Shown here piece by piece: positions 26,703 through 36,700 of a DNA stretch of 64,000 nucleotides. Every line of letters starts with the position of its first letter. Positions within the stretch are counted from its first letter, which is position 1. A model generated the notes under the pieces. That model was not told the origin of the DNA. It ran no database searches and was given only the letters and a program-made list of their open reading frames with translations. Source of the DNA: a virus; IMG/VR virus record IMGVR_UViG_3300027985_000627, positions 23,319 to 87,318 of that record; one strand, written 5' to 3'. The position numbers were made by a program, and so were the translations under genes.

Positions 26703-27693
26703 CTCGTAAAGCCTCCTGAATATCATTCCAGTTTTTTAAAACGCTGTTAGAAGTGCCTTCATTGGCTTTTTTAGCTGCTATCATTTCTTCGGCTTCATCT
26801 ATGGTTTTTTCCAAAGCCGCAATTTTTGTCTTTGCGTAGTCTTCCGATATCTTAATTTCTTTTTTAACGTTTGACAAGAATTTCTTCATGGAGTCAGCAA
26901 CATCCATGAACTGGTGGTAAAATTGCGTCTTGTCTTCACCAACACTTTGAATTTCGAGAAGGTCTCCGTTGTCATCGAATAGCCCAACTTTTCTCCAAGC
27001 TACCCAGTATTTGTTACGATGACGAAATTCCGATCCATAAACCCAAGGTGTTTTGGGTGTCAACTTGTTTATATTTTTCCTGGCTAATTCGCGATACTCA
27101 GGGTCAATGAAATCAAACATATTTAAACCAACAAGGTTTTCGTATGTTGTGTCGAACGCATCGCATATGGTCTTGTTGACAAAGGTGATCGTTCCATCAG
27201 GCTTGTGTCTGCAAATCCATTCAGGTGAAATGTTGACTACAGATTCGTACAAGTTTTTGGCTTTACGAAGCTCATTGTTCATTTCAGTGAGGGTAGATAA
27301 GGTCTGTTCTAATTCTACCTGATTTTTGCACCTAACAATGGCTGATTTAATGTTGTGCGCCAATGATTTAAATTCCCAAGTTTTCTTAAAAAAATTATCA
27401 GCTCCTTCTTCTACAGCTTGCAGACCAATTTCTTCTTCATCCTCTCCAGAAAGAATTATAACAGGAGTATGCGGACAGACCGATTTGATTATATGAAGAG
27501 TTTCTATTCCTCGGGAATCAGGAAGATTCAGGTCCAAAAGAACCGCATCAAAGCAACCTTCGCATAAAAGAACTTCTGCCCTGTGGATACTTTCCACAGG
27601 TGTAACGGAAAAGTCAGAAGACTTTTCTAAAATCCTTTTGATAACAGTCTGAAAACAAGTGTCATCTTCAACGTGTAAAATAGTGTAACACAT
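26689..27693 (-). CDS. response regulator receiver + PAS domain protein
   Basis: ILHVEDD, LLDLNLPD, ILSG, GADNFFKK (REC); PDGTITFVN...LVG.N..DFI.PE...GEDxT (PAS/PAC). Confidence 0.9.
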   Translation of the reverse strand: MCYTILHVEDDTCFQTVIKRILEKSSDFSVTPVESIHRAEVLLCEGCFDAVLLDLNLPDSRGIETLHIIKSVCPHTPVIILSGEDEEEIGLQAVEEGADNFFKKTWEFKSLAHNIKSAIVRCKNQVELEQTLSTLTEMNNELRKAKNLYESVVNISPEWICRHKPDGTITFVNKTICDAFDTTYENLVGLNMFDFIDPEYRELARKNINKLTPKTPWVYGSEFRHRNKYWVAWRKVGLFDDNGDLLEIQSVGEDKTQFYHQFMDVADSMKKFLSNVKKEIKISEDYAKTKIAALEKTIDEAEEMIAAKKANEGTSNSVLKNWNDIQEALRDGRE

Positions 27694-27724
27694 GGTACCT
27701 CACAATTCAGACTGTGTAAAAACT

Positions 27725-28069
27725 TTATTCGGAAGAATCAACTAGTGCCGATCCCTTTGAAAATAATTTCCTAGCTATTTCCGATTGCTCATCGTAGCAT
27801 TTCTTTGCTTTCTTCCAAAGTTCACTTGTGGCTTTTATAACTTTGTGGTTGTAACCTAAAGCCCAAAGGTTGTCAGGGTGTGAAATGTATAGTTCTCGAT
27901 TTATTTTCAAAAGTTCAATTTCTGGAATATCCGGACATTTACTGTAGCTGTACGTTTTCTTCAGTTGCAGGAATTGCGTGAGTTCTGGATTTGGTTTCGG
28001 ACTGCATGACATCACCATTGTACCAATCAATCCAATTAGCAGAAGTTTCTTTATCAACGCCGCCTTCAT
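27725..28069 (-). CDS. o-spanin (Rz1-like lipoprotein)
   Basis: Lipobox VMS-C, Pro-rich; overlaps the 3' end of the i-spanin in another frame. Confidence 0.68.
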   Translation of the reverse strand: MKAALIKKLLLIGLIGTMVMSCSPKPNPELTQFLQLKKTYSYSKCPDIPEIELLKINRELYISHPDNLWALGYNHKVIKATSELWKKAKKCYDEQSEIARKLFSKGSALVDSSE

Positions 28070-28490
28070 TTTTAACTCCTTCAAGGTTTATGCATTCACG
28101 TTTTCTAAGAACCCACTGAAGATCATTCAAATCCTTAAGAAGAGCCGTATAGTTCTTCTGCATTTCTTCAAAAGACGTACTCAACATCGTATTTTTCATT
28201 TCAAGATCGGAAATCGTCTTGTCCTGCTCATCCAAAGCTTGTTTGTATTGTATCTCATTTGCTTTGTATCGTTCGATATTCTTTTCCAAGAAATTTATTT
28301 TATCCATAAGATCATTTTTTGTTTTTTCATGAAGGTACTTTTCGGCTGACAAAGATGATTCCAAACTAGTAACTTTGTACATGTGCCAACTAAAAAGACC
28401 AATAAGAGAAAGAAACAAAACAACGATCAAACCGAAAGAAATTTTCGAACCTAAATCACCAGAGATGAATCCAAGTATACTTGATAACAT
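27939..28490 (-). CDS. i-spanin (Rz-like)
   Basis: N-terminal TM followed by long coiled coil; follows the holin. Confidence 0.72.
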   Translation of the reverse strand: MLSSILGFISGDLGSKISFGLIVVLFLSLIGLFSWHMYKVTSLESSLSAEKYLHEKTKNDLMDKINFLEKNIERYKANEIQYKQALDEQDKTISDLEMKNTMLSTSFEEMQKNYTALLKDLNDLQWVLRKRECINLEGVKNEGGVDKETSANWIDWYNGDVMQSETKSRTHAIPATEENVQLQ

Positions 28491-28491
28491 T

Positions 28492-28818
28492 TTATTCTCC
28501 AGATTGCTCGTCTTTTGGTTTTTTATCACCACCAAACAATGGGGCTTTTTTCAAAATGTTGTACGTTATGGCTGAAGTATAACCAAGCTCTACAAATCTA
28601 GCAAAATACTGGTTTGGTTCTTTAAAAGCAAATGTCAAACCTAAACCAATGAAAAACCAAAAAGACAACCTGCCTAAAGAAACACCACCTTTTTCACAAA
28701 AAAGTGGAGTTAGATCGTACTCACTTTTCCAGATGTACGTCACTACGAGAGCGTAGGTCACGTAGATCAGTATGGGTCCTGAATTAGTCAAGATAAAAAA
28801 TATGATCGGCTTTAGCAT
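28492..28818 (-). CDS. putative holin
   Basis: 2-3 TM segments, SLGR motif, charged C-tail; lies between endolysin and spanins. Confidence 0.65.
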   Translation of the reverse strand: MLKPIIFFILTNSGPILIYVTYALVVTYIWKSEYDLTPLFCEKGGVSLGRLSFWFFIGLGLTFAFKEPNQYFARFVELGYTSAITYNILKKAPLFGGDKKPKDEQSGE

Positions 28819-28954
28819 ATTTCAAATCTTCATTGGTTTGAACAAACTTGCTACAATAGGAACCATTCTTGTGGTTGCTACAAAACTCTTTGTGGTTGTA
28901 CCAAAAACATCGAGAGCAAAGATCATCTAGGATTTCTATTTTGTCGGATTCCAT
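28784..28954 (-). CDS. 56-aa Cys-rich protein
   Basis: ATG directly after the endolysin stop; CSRC...C...C. Confidence 0.45.
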   Translation of the reverse strand: MESDKIEILDDLCSRCFWYNHKEFCSNHKNGSYCSKFVQTNEDLKYAKADHIFYLD

Positions 28955-29686
28955 TTACGGTCTCCCGAAAACCTCAAATAAGGCTTTCCAAGTTGCTGAA
29001 CCAACGATACCATCAGGGACTAAATCATGGTCCATCTGAAAAATTACGACCTGGTTGTAAGTGATCTGTCCGAAAACACCGTCTGCTTTCAATCCAAATA
29101 CAGTTTGTAGCCAAGAAACATCCTGGCCACGAATCGCTTTTCTGATAATACGAGAACCAGGAGCATACGGCATAGCGACCTGTTGTTTTTCAATGGACTT
29201 GAAATCTTCGATTCTGTTATTCACCGGAACACTGTACGCAGTGTGTTCGTGGCCAATACCAAGTTCCCCTCGATAGTCGAAAACTGGACAAGCTTTGGCA
29301 GAAACTTCACAATGACCATGCCAGGTTAAAGTCCCAGGTCCAAAAGCGTTTTCAATACCTTTAACCAGGGTATGTAGCGTCTCAAACTGCATAGCGTTAA
29401 ATTGTTCAACGTAAAGACCGTCTAAGCACATGGCGATGGTCCTTGAGTTATTACCAGCCTGTGCTACAGGGTTCTCTTCGATGTTTCTTCCCTTCAAAAG
29501 TGTGCCTTGACAGTCAATGAGAAAATGGTATCCTATGTTATGTCCGTTCTTATCAGCCGAAAATTCTCTTTTCTTATGCCAATCATTGACAGCCACAAGA
29601 AGGTTATCACCTACAAGGTCTTGACGAGGGTATGCAGTACAATGTATGAAAACCCGTTCTATCCGTCTGGCAGGTTTGTCAAACAT
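28955..29686 (-). CDS. endolysin: N-acetylmuramoyl-L-alanine amidase with C-terminal PG-binding domain
   Basis: FIHCTA, IGYHFLI, GH...KACP; DGVFG..T...V..FQ...L..DGIVG..TW. Confidence 0.92.
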   Translation of the reverse strand: MFDKPARRIERVFIHCTAYPRQDLVGDNLLVAVNDWHKKREFSADKNGHNIGYHFLIDCQGTLLKGRNIEENPVAQAGNNSRTIAMCLDGLYVEQFNAMQFETLHTLVKGIENAFGPGTLTWHGHCEVSAKACPVFDYRGELGIGHEHTAYSVPVNNRIEDFKSIEKQQVAMPYAPGSRIIRKAIRGQDVSWLQTVFGLKADGVFGQITYNQVVIFQMDHDLVPDGIVGSATWKALFEVFGRP

Positions 29687-29694
29687 ACGATCTC

Positions 29695-30660
29695 CTATTT
29701 CCCCAATTTGTAAGTTGACCAGAAAATATCTGGATATCGGAATAAAGTAGTTTCCGTAGTGGCACAATCAGGCGACCACGATTTCCACTCATCCATATTG
29801 TAAAACAATCCGGCAGTTCTGAAAAGACTTCCAGCCCAATTGTTAGAAGTTGGAATATGGAAATCGCTACCAGCAGACCATATGCGCTGTTGCAACCATC
29901 CTAGTGGGCCCCACAGCTTTTTATAAGGAAACCTCTTAGGCCAGTTTTGATCCTTGCAATAGTACCAATATTTTCGTATTACCGGGTAGAGTTTTTCAGC
30001 CAGTATCTCGTGCATCATTGCCGCTCTAAGTGTTGGCGTAATGTAAAAACTCATGTACGACATACAGTAGTTATTCCTATAAGCCTCAGTCCATAAATCA
30101 CCTTCTTCAACAAACCAGAACCTCTTTGTTGAATTCTGAAGATGAGTCACGAACCCGTCACCCTCAGTGGTTAGATTGGCTAGCATACCGAGATAAGCGT
30201 AGACCATCATACGTCCAAGTCTTCCCCATGCTCCCCAATTACCTCTGGAACCCCAATTTCTAGCATTTATGATAGCATCACAAGCGGGTAGGTACGTGTT
30301 CACGGCCCAAACCGACACATCACATCCGCACATGGCGGCAGCTTCAAATATGCGCTGACCTTTGTAAACCAAAGTTAAAGCACCCTCTAAATTACCGTAA
30401 CCAGTATTAGAACTACACCAAGAACTAATAGCCTGATTAGCACGACCAGTATATCCAAGACCAAGCACTTCAGCTTGTGCATATACAAGTGGAGCGGCCG
30501 TTCCATTTTCTAGTGGTAATTTTTCTTGTGTAGATACTTCAGTATTATCGTAATTTGGAGTAATTGTAACAACTCCCATTTGACTCCAATGACCATTTAC
30601 AGAGTATTCCATCTCGTAGTTCGAAAGAAATAAATTTAAGGAATCTAGTTGATTTTTCAC
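29695..30660 (-). CDS. putative polysaccharide lyase (alginate-lyase-like alpha/alpha fold)
   Basis: NWGAWG and E..R....Y..F patterns; Trp/Tyr-rich helical protein after the tail fibres. Confidence 0.5.
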   Translation of the reverse strand: MKNQLDSLNLFLSNYEMEYSVNGHWSQMGVVTITPNYDNTEVSTQEKLPLENGTAAPLVYAQAEVLGLGYTGRANQAISSWCSSNTGYGNLEGALTLVYKGQRIFEAAAMCGCDVSVWAVNTYLPACDAIINARNWGSRGNWGAWGRLGRMMVYAYLGMLANLTTEGDGFVTHLQNSTKRFWFVEEGDLWTEAYRNNYCMSYMSFYITPTLRAAMMHEILAEKLYPVIRKYWYYCKDQNWPKRFPYKKLWGPLGWLQQRIWSAGSDFHIPTSNNWAGSLFRTAGLFYNMDEWKSWSPDCATTETTLFRYPDIFWSTYKLGK

Positions 30661-30989
30661 TATGAAATCTCCGAAAGTTCTGACCGCAACGCAACTGCTT
30701 GCGCGTCCAGATCAACGAGCTTATCCGTGTCCGCCGTCGTAGCCGTCCCGGCGGACACAGCCCGTAAAGAACGGATAGACGCCGTGTCGATGGCCTCTAA
30801 CTCGGCCAGGATTTCCGATTTTCGAACGGAGTTGATTGATTTTTGTGCAAAGGAAGTATCTGCCTCTACTTCCTCCCGAGTCAGAATCGTTTGAACAGAA
30901 AGCAGCCCATCAGCCAGTCCAACTGCTACCGCATCCTCAAGAAAGCCAACAATGCTTTTATCCTCTTTCCGTATAATGACTGTATTCAT
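30660..30989 (-). CDS. tail-fibre-associated small protein
   Basis: I..EL..ID..SIR.LR...LR.EL pattern; position after the fibres. Confidence 0.55.
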   Translation of the reverse strand: MNTVIIRKEDKSIVGFLEDAVAVGLADGLLSVQTILTREEVEADTSFAQKSINSVRKSEILAELEAIDTASIRSLRAVSAGTATTADTDKLVDLDAQAVALRSELSEIS

Positions 30990-30990
30990 T

Positions 30991-31887
30991 TTATGCTCCT
31001 GTCACAGTGCCGGTGCTGATTTTAATGGTTCCGTTGTTGAGAATAGCCATACTTCCAGAGGATATGCTATAAGCGGAAGTAGCCCCAGCAAGGTCCGCCT
31101 GCTCAACTGCTATTTTTGACCCGTACATCAAACTCACACCATAAGTAGGAGGGTACGTCGTATGGCAAGCGTTTCCGTTTCTGATAATATTTCTAGCGTT
31201 TGAGAGTGCTATAGCAGCACTCCCGTAGGTAAAAAAGTTAAGTTCATGCCGTCCCGAACTTGCTATCAAGTACAAAAGGATGCTGGTGTACCCAGAAGTA
31301 GTAAAAGCGCAAGCGGTGAACGAGATATTAGGGCAGTTGTCAGCGTACACCGTATGATACGAACCGCCAGTGTGGTAGAACCGAATGTAGGAAACTGCTA
31401 TTGTGGCTTTGCACCTGTTAAATCGAATTACAGGGTACGAATTGTTAGATGAAGCAAGGTTTACTGCTTTTGAAGAAGAAGCCGTGTTGTCGGAAGATTT
31501 TCCTAGGACATTTATTGAGCCGCCGTGAAAACAAGAGATATAAAGCTGTCCACCAAAAGAATAGTTTCCGTCCGCGAACTGAATGGTCAATGTAAAACCG
31601 TTAAGATTTTTAGGTACAGCGTCTATCAGAGCTTGCATCTCCGCAAGAGTCATGGTGTTGTCGAGGGTTACAGTGACGCTAGCTTCAAGCGCAGCGTTTT
31701 GCACCTCAACGACAGCCAAACCGAAAGCGTTTGCCGCAGCAATGAAAGCATTAAGCTCGGTTCGCAGAGTCGGAAGCGCTCCTAAAAAAAGGTCAGCATT
31801 GTAATCAAATTTTGAGGCCGAGGATGTACTAGGAGGAGTAGGTATCTCGCTGATAGTAATGCCGATAGATTCAACTGATTCGCTCAT
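30991..31887 (-). CDS. tail fibre / receptor-binding protein 2 (right-handed beta-helix)
   Basis: PTPP...F...AD.F anchor; IDAVPKNLNG...FADG.Y beta-helix cap. Confidence 0.72.
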   Translation of the reverse strand: MSESVESIGITISEIPTPPSTSSASKFDYNADLFLGALPTLRTELNAFIAAANAFGLAVVEVQNAALEASVTVTLDNTMTLAEMQALIDAVPKNLNGFTLTIQFADGNYSFGGQLYISCFHGGSINVLGKSSDNTASSSKAVNLASSNNSYPVIRFNRCKATIAVSYIRFYHTGGSYHTVYADNCPNISFTACAFTTSGYTSILLYLIASSGRHELNFFTYGSAAIALSNARNIIRNGNACHTTYPPTYGVSLMYGSKIAVEQADLAGATSAYSISSGSMAILNNGTIKISTGTVTGA

Positions 31888-31888
31888 T

Positions 31889-32788
31889 TTAGGCTCCTAT
31901 AACTTCACCGGAATATATTTTAATAGCACCTTTACTTAAAAAAACTATACTTCCAGGGGATAGTACATAATCAGCAGTGCCTCCATATAGGCCCAACTGC
32001 AACATCGAGACTTCTGCTCCATAAATAAGACCAATCCCGTAAGAAGGCGGGGTAATGCTGTATGTCTCGTTGCCAGATTCAAGAACACACGTTGAGTTTC
32101 CCACATAAAGGCCATAGGAACCCTTTGCGAAGTAGTTATTTGTGAGTCGCCCAGTTTTACTGTCTGATATATACAAATTGGGATGGGTGTAGGCCGTATG
32201 CACAAATGAACAACAATCAAAGGTTATATCGCTACAAGAATAAACGTACACATTAGTAGCCGCACCCCCAGAATGTGTGAAGCTCAGGGAGCGCACTATA
32301 ACTGTTGCAAAACAATGGCTGAACCTAATGGTGTTGTCAGAGTTGTACGATGAACTCAGCATAACGGCTTTAGATGCGAACGTATAATTGTCTGATACGT
32401 CACCCTGGACGATCACGGTGCCGCCGTGGAACCCAAAGAATAAGAGCTTCCCGTCCGTAAAAGAATATGTTCCGCTTGCAAATTGAAATGTAACAGTATG
32501 CCCATTAAGATTTTTTGGAACGGCATTAATTGCCGATTGTATTTGGGAACGTGTCATTGACGGCGTAATGTTTACAGTTGTATCCGTTGTGAGAACAAAA
32601 TCAGGATCAGGGGAAATCATCGAACCGAAAGAATTCATGCTAGATATAAAGTCATTCACTTCTTCGGCTAATTGAGGAAATAAATTGAAAAACGAATCGG
32701 CTTGAGAATTAAAATAGTATGGGTCAGAAGAAGATGGAGCAGTAGGAAAATTACCGCATCCAATAAGATTAAGGGCTGCACTGGACAT
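31889..32788 (-). CDS. tail fibre / receptor-binding protein 1 (right-handed beta-helix)
   Basis: Paralog of the next gene; INAVPKNLNG...FASGTY. Confidence 0.72.
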   Translation of the reverse strand: MSSAALNLIGCGNFPTAPSSSDPYYFNSQADSFFNLFPQLAEEVNDFISSMNSFGSMISPDPDFVLTTDTTVNITPSMTRSQIQSAINAVPKNLNGHTVTFQFASGTYSFTDGKLLFFGFHGGTVIVQGDVSDNYTFASKAVMLSSSYNSDNTIRFSHCFATVIVRSLSFTHSGGAATNVYVYSCSDITFDCCSFVHTAYTHPNLYISDSKTGRLTNNYFAKGSYGLYVGNSTCVLESGNETYSITPPSYGIGLIYGAEVSMLQLGLYGGTADYVLSPGSIVFLSKGAIKIYSGEVIGA

Positions 32789-33705
32789 TATATTAATCCC
32801 TCCACTTCCACCGAGCATTCACTGACGGTAGGACCGGAAACAACAACCTTAAAATCCTTGTAAAAACCGTAAACAATAGAACTTCTATAGGTAACTTCTT
32901 CCCCGTCAGAATTATCGACGATAAAAACGGAAGGTGTGGCCCTTATAGACTCAAGGTATGCCACGGCATCGTCTACATCGTCGTTGTCTATGTATAAATC
33001 TAACGACCTTGTTTTTTTGTAATTTCCTGTTTTCAGATAAGTAGCGCCGAAGTCGTCTGTGCTTTTTATCGAATAATCACTGATACCCATCTCAAGACCA
33101 AACCGTACTGCGCCAATCCGTTTCGATTTTCCTATGATAGCAGCACCACAACTAGCGTTGTACCCGCGAAGAACCAAGTTTGCCCGAGAATTGTAGAATT
33201 TTGGTATCGTAAAAACTGCCGAAGTTAAGTAGGAAAATTCATCGAAAAAGTAATCCGACCAAGTTGTGGATGTTCTTTTGTCCGTCATGTACAAATAGGA
33301 ACTTGAATAGGCTACGCCGGAGGCGTCTTTTGCAGCAACAAAAGCCTCGTTGCATAGGCAATCCACAAGGACCACTGTATCGCACATGGAGGAACTTACA
33401 AGGACATTGATCCCTTCTTCCTCCTCGCCAACAGTACTGGTGTTGACGTAAGAATCGAACATTCGCCAACGATTGGTATAACCGCAATCGAGCCAATAAG
33501 GATCAGTGGTGTCGCAGTTATCCGGCGGATAGTGGTTGAGATTAGACGCTTTCAACGACTGGTATATTTTGTGAGTAGCCGTTACTATAACGTAGTCGCC
33601 AATGGCATACGTGGTTGCCGAACTGTAAGCATCGTAATCATCTTCCGCTACACTGGTAGAAATAAGTTTTGAGCCTGTTATCTCTCTTGGAACAATGACT
33701 CTCAT
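32788..33705 (-). CDS. tail tip/distal tail protein with CBM5/12-like insert
   Basis: Directly after TMP; AYSSATTYAIGDYV...IYQSL. Confidence 0.65.
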   Translation of the reverse strand: MRVIVPREITGSKLISTSVAEDDYDAYSSATTYAIGDYVIVTATHKIYQSLKASNLNHYPPDNCDTTDPYWLDCGYTNRWRMFDSYVNTSTVGEEEEGINVLVSSSMCDTVVLVDCLCNEAFVAAKDASGVAYSSSYLYMTDKRTSTTWSDYFFDEFSYLTSAVFTIPKFYNSRANLVLRGYNASCGAAIIGKSKRIGAVRFGLEMGISDYSIKSTDDFGATYLKTGNYKKTRSLDLYIDNDDVDDAVAYLESIRATPSVFIVDNSDGEEVTYRSSIVYGFYKDFKVVVSGPTVSECSVEVEGLI

Positions 33706-36700
33706 TGCGTGGTCCTCTCTTTCGGAAGTCCTTCATCGTCCCACCGGCTTATCTTATCAGCCAGCTTTTGAGTGTCTTTCCTCAGCAAATACAAACGGTC
33801 ATTCATGTCTTTTCGCATCTCGCGCATTTCGGCCTGCAAGCCTTCAGACGAAAACTCCCCACTCAAAGTTACGGGAATGGTATGCCCATCAGGGAGGGGA
33901 ACATAGGCTTCTGGGATTGATCCTTCACCGTAAATAGCTACTTGGGGGGTGTTTGCTATTCCACCACTGGAATAGAGGTTGATAGGACCACGAGAGGTCA
34001 TGATTCCACCATTGGCGAATCCATATTCTTCTCTAAGATCAAGATAATCCTGATACGCTTCGAGGTATGCATCATACAAAGCATTCGTATTGGAATCTAA
34101 GCGGTTGGAAGAGTTGAATTGGTTCAACACCCAGGACCAATCAACATACCCACTTCCTTCTCCGTAGCTTTGCTGCCACCAATCCAACCAACTGCTTCTT
34201 TCAGAGGCAGATGCGCTATTCCACCAATTGATTCCATAGGCATTCTGGAAAATGTTATTAGCCATTTGGTATCCAGCGCCGGAATTAGCAATGCCTTGAA
34301 CCATCGTTCCTTGTGTGGAATTCTGTATCGAAGAAATGGCTTGCTGCTGTAGAGCTTGGTATTGAGATTGTAAAGCGGAAAGCTGGGTTTCAGCTTGCAA
34401 CTGTTCCGCAAGATCGTTTACCGCTCCCACTACGTCTCCAGTCACGCTTATAAGAGAGGCCGTGTGTCCATTTATTCCGCTGAGATAGCCGAGACCAGTC
34501 TGACTATCCGATTGCATAGCGTTCCAGATTTCATCGTCGAAGGTGATGCCGCTTTGGAGAAGATTGTAGGTAGCCATCTGGTACCCAACTCCAGCACCGA
34601 CCCTGGAACGTAATGCCTGTGCTTCAGTCAGAGACGTTCCAGCTACGTCAACCGTTGTGGTTGTCTGGCTTCCTATAAGTTCTCCAACTATGCCTATAGC
34701 AGTGGCGTTTTGAGCCAGTAGTTCGGTTTGCGTCCCTCCCTCTTCCAAAAGCTCTTTCTGTAGTTCAAGCAAGCTGATTTGGATTTCAAGAAGTTGAGAC
34801 AGGGTGTCCTGTCTCGCGCCTTCCAAGTCTCCAAGCACTTCCAAAGACGCCAGCTGGCTTGTCACCCTTCCGAAAGTCTTTGAGTATTCAAAAGGATCAG
34901 TGGTAGAACTTTTAGCAGCTTCAAGGTACGCTTGTGCATAATCAGCCACACTTTCAGCAGCATCTATATCGCCAGACATAGCCTTGGCATATGTTTCTTC
35001 GTACCAAGACTTTGCCGTGGTAGTTTTTTGGTCGGCAGTAAGGTTGGAACTGTCACCAAGAAGAAGGTCTTCAAGGAGCCCTTGGACAGTATCAGCTACA
35101 GCATACCAACGGTCCCGCAGTTCGTCGGCTGCGTCTTTCGCGGCATTTGCACCGTCCAGCATGTAATCTACTTGGTCTATAGCGGCCTCAAGCGCATCAT
35201 CCAAAGCATCCTGCAGCCTGTCAGCCAAAGAATCAGCGGAGTCGGCAGCGTCATCAAGGGAGTCCTGTATATCAGACCAGTATTTAGCCATCTCGCGAAG
35301 TTGCACATTCTGCAATTCGGTAATTTCAGATTGGGACAGGCCGTTGTCGTAAGCTTCCTGAAGTTCTTTGGCTTGCTCCACGAGTATCTGTGCAGCTTCC
35401 GCTTCCTCTTCTTTACCTTCTAATACAAGGTTGCGATAGCGCATATCTTGTTCAAAGGCTTCTTTTGTGGCTTGCAATTCCGCATTTTTCGCAGAAACGT
35501 AAGCGTACTTTTCAGCCTTCATGGCCGCTTCTAAAGCATCAGCCACCTCTTGGCCGTATTTCCAAGTGGTGTCGTAAAGCTCTTTAACGTTGTTGGCCTG
35601 CTCCATAGCAAATAACGACGTTTCATCTTCCACAGCATCATAATACCGTTTATTGGCACTGGCTAAAGCTTCCAGCCGTTCTTCTTCTTTGTCAGCAGCT
35701 AGTTTCTTCAATTCAATTTCTTGAACTTCAGCAAGGTACGCCAACTGTGCAGCCGACGCGCCAGCTTCTCTTGCCTCAACAAGCTCCCACTCGTGGGAAG
35801 TCAATAAATCCAAAAGATCAGCTTCGTCTTCCCGACCTTCCGCCGCTAACTTTCTTTGCTCAAGGGACTCACTCCATTTTTGCCAAGTACGACGATTTTC
35901 TTCAAGTTGGTCATTAACTTCAGCCAGAGAATCAGCGTACTTAGCTGCTTGGTTCCAATAAGCAAAGGCTTCTGGATCCATATAAGAATTCAAGGCTTCC
36001 TCAAACTTGTCCCAGAAATTTTCAACGGTTATGCCCGAATCACCGATAATTCCTTCAAGGTTTTCTATAGCGTTGGAAGCATTCGCGGTATAATAGATAA
36101 CAGCCGAATCCAGTAACTCCCAAGATTCCTTTGTTCTATTAGAAATACGCTCCCATGCAGCATCCCACTCTTCATCACCACCAACAGCTTCGATAAGTTT
36201 GGAAGCGTAGTCAGCAAGGGCAAACGTTTTCAATTGTTCGTCGGTTACGTCGAGGACAACCCCCACGCTTTCTAAAGCTTCTGTCGTAGTATCGAGAGTA
36301 GTAGATAAGCTGTCCACAGCTTCCGTAGCTGTGTCGAATGTTCCGTAAGCATCGCTCCAACTTTCACTCATACCCTGTGCGGCAAAATCAGTTTCAGAAG
36401 CAATGTTCTGCGTTGCACTGGTTATAGTGTCCATAGAAACCGAAGCATTCACAGAAGCCCCTTCTATTCCTTCCATCATAGAAGCAGCTTGTGACATGGC
36501 GTTAGACATAGCTGTATCGTACGGTTCCAAAGTAGAAGCAGTCTCTTCTGCGGAAGACCTCATAGCATCAAGGGTTTCTTGCGTTACCCCGGCTAACGTT
36601 TCTAAACTGTAACCGTAGTAAAAAGTAGTTTCATTGGCTTTCACATAAGCCGACTGTAACCTATTGAGCGTTTCGAGAAGTGTTTCGCTATCTTTTTGTA

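Noticed and set aside
27692-27720. TTTACA-N17-TACCAT promoter-like match before the REC-PAS gene
   Set aside because: The -10 box overlaps the start codon, so it could not produce the full-length mRNA; probably chance
30991-32788. Diversity-generating retroelement or invertible tail-fibre switch
   Set aside because: No reverse transcriptase or invertase in the window; the paralogs are co-oriented and diverged throughout, not only at adenines
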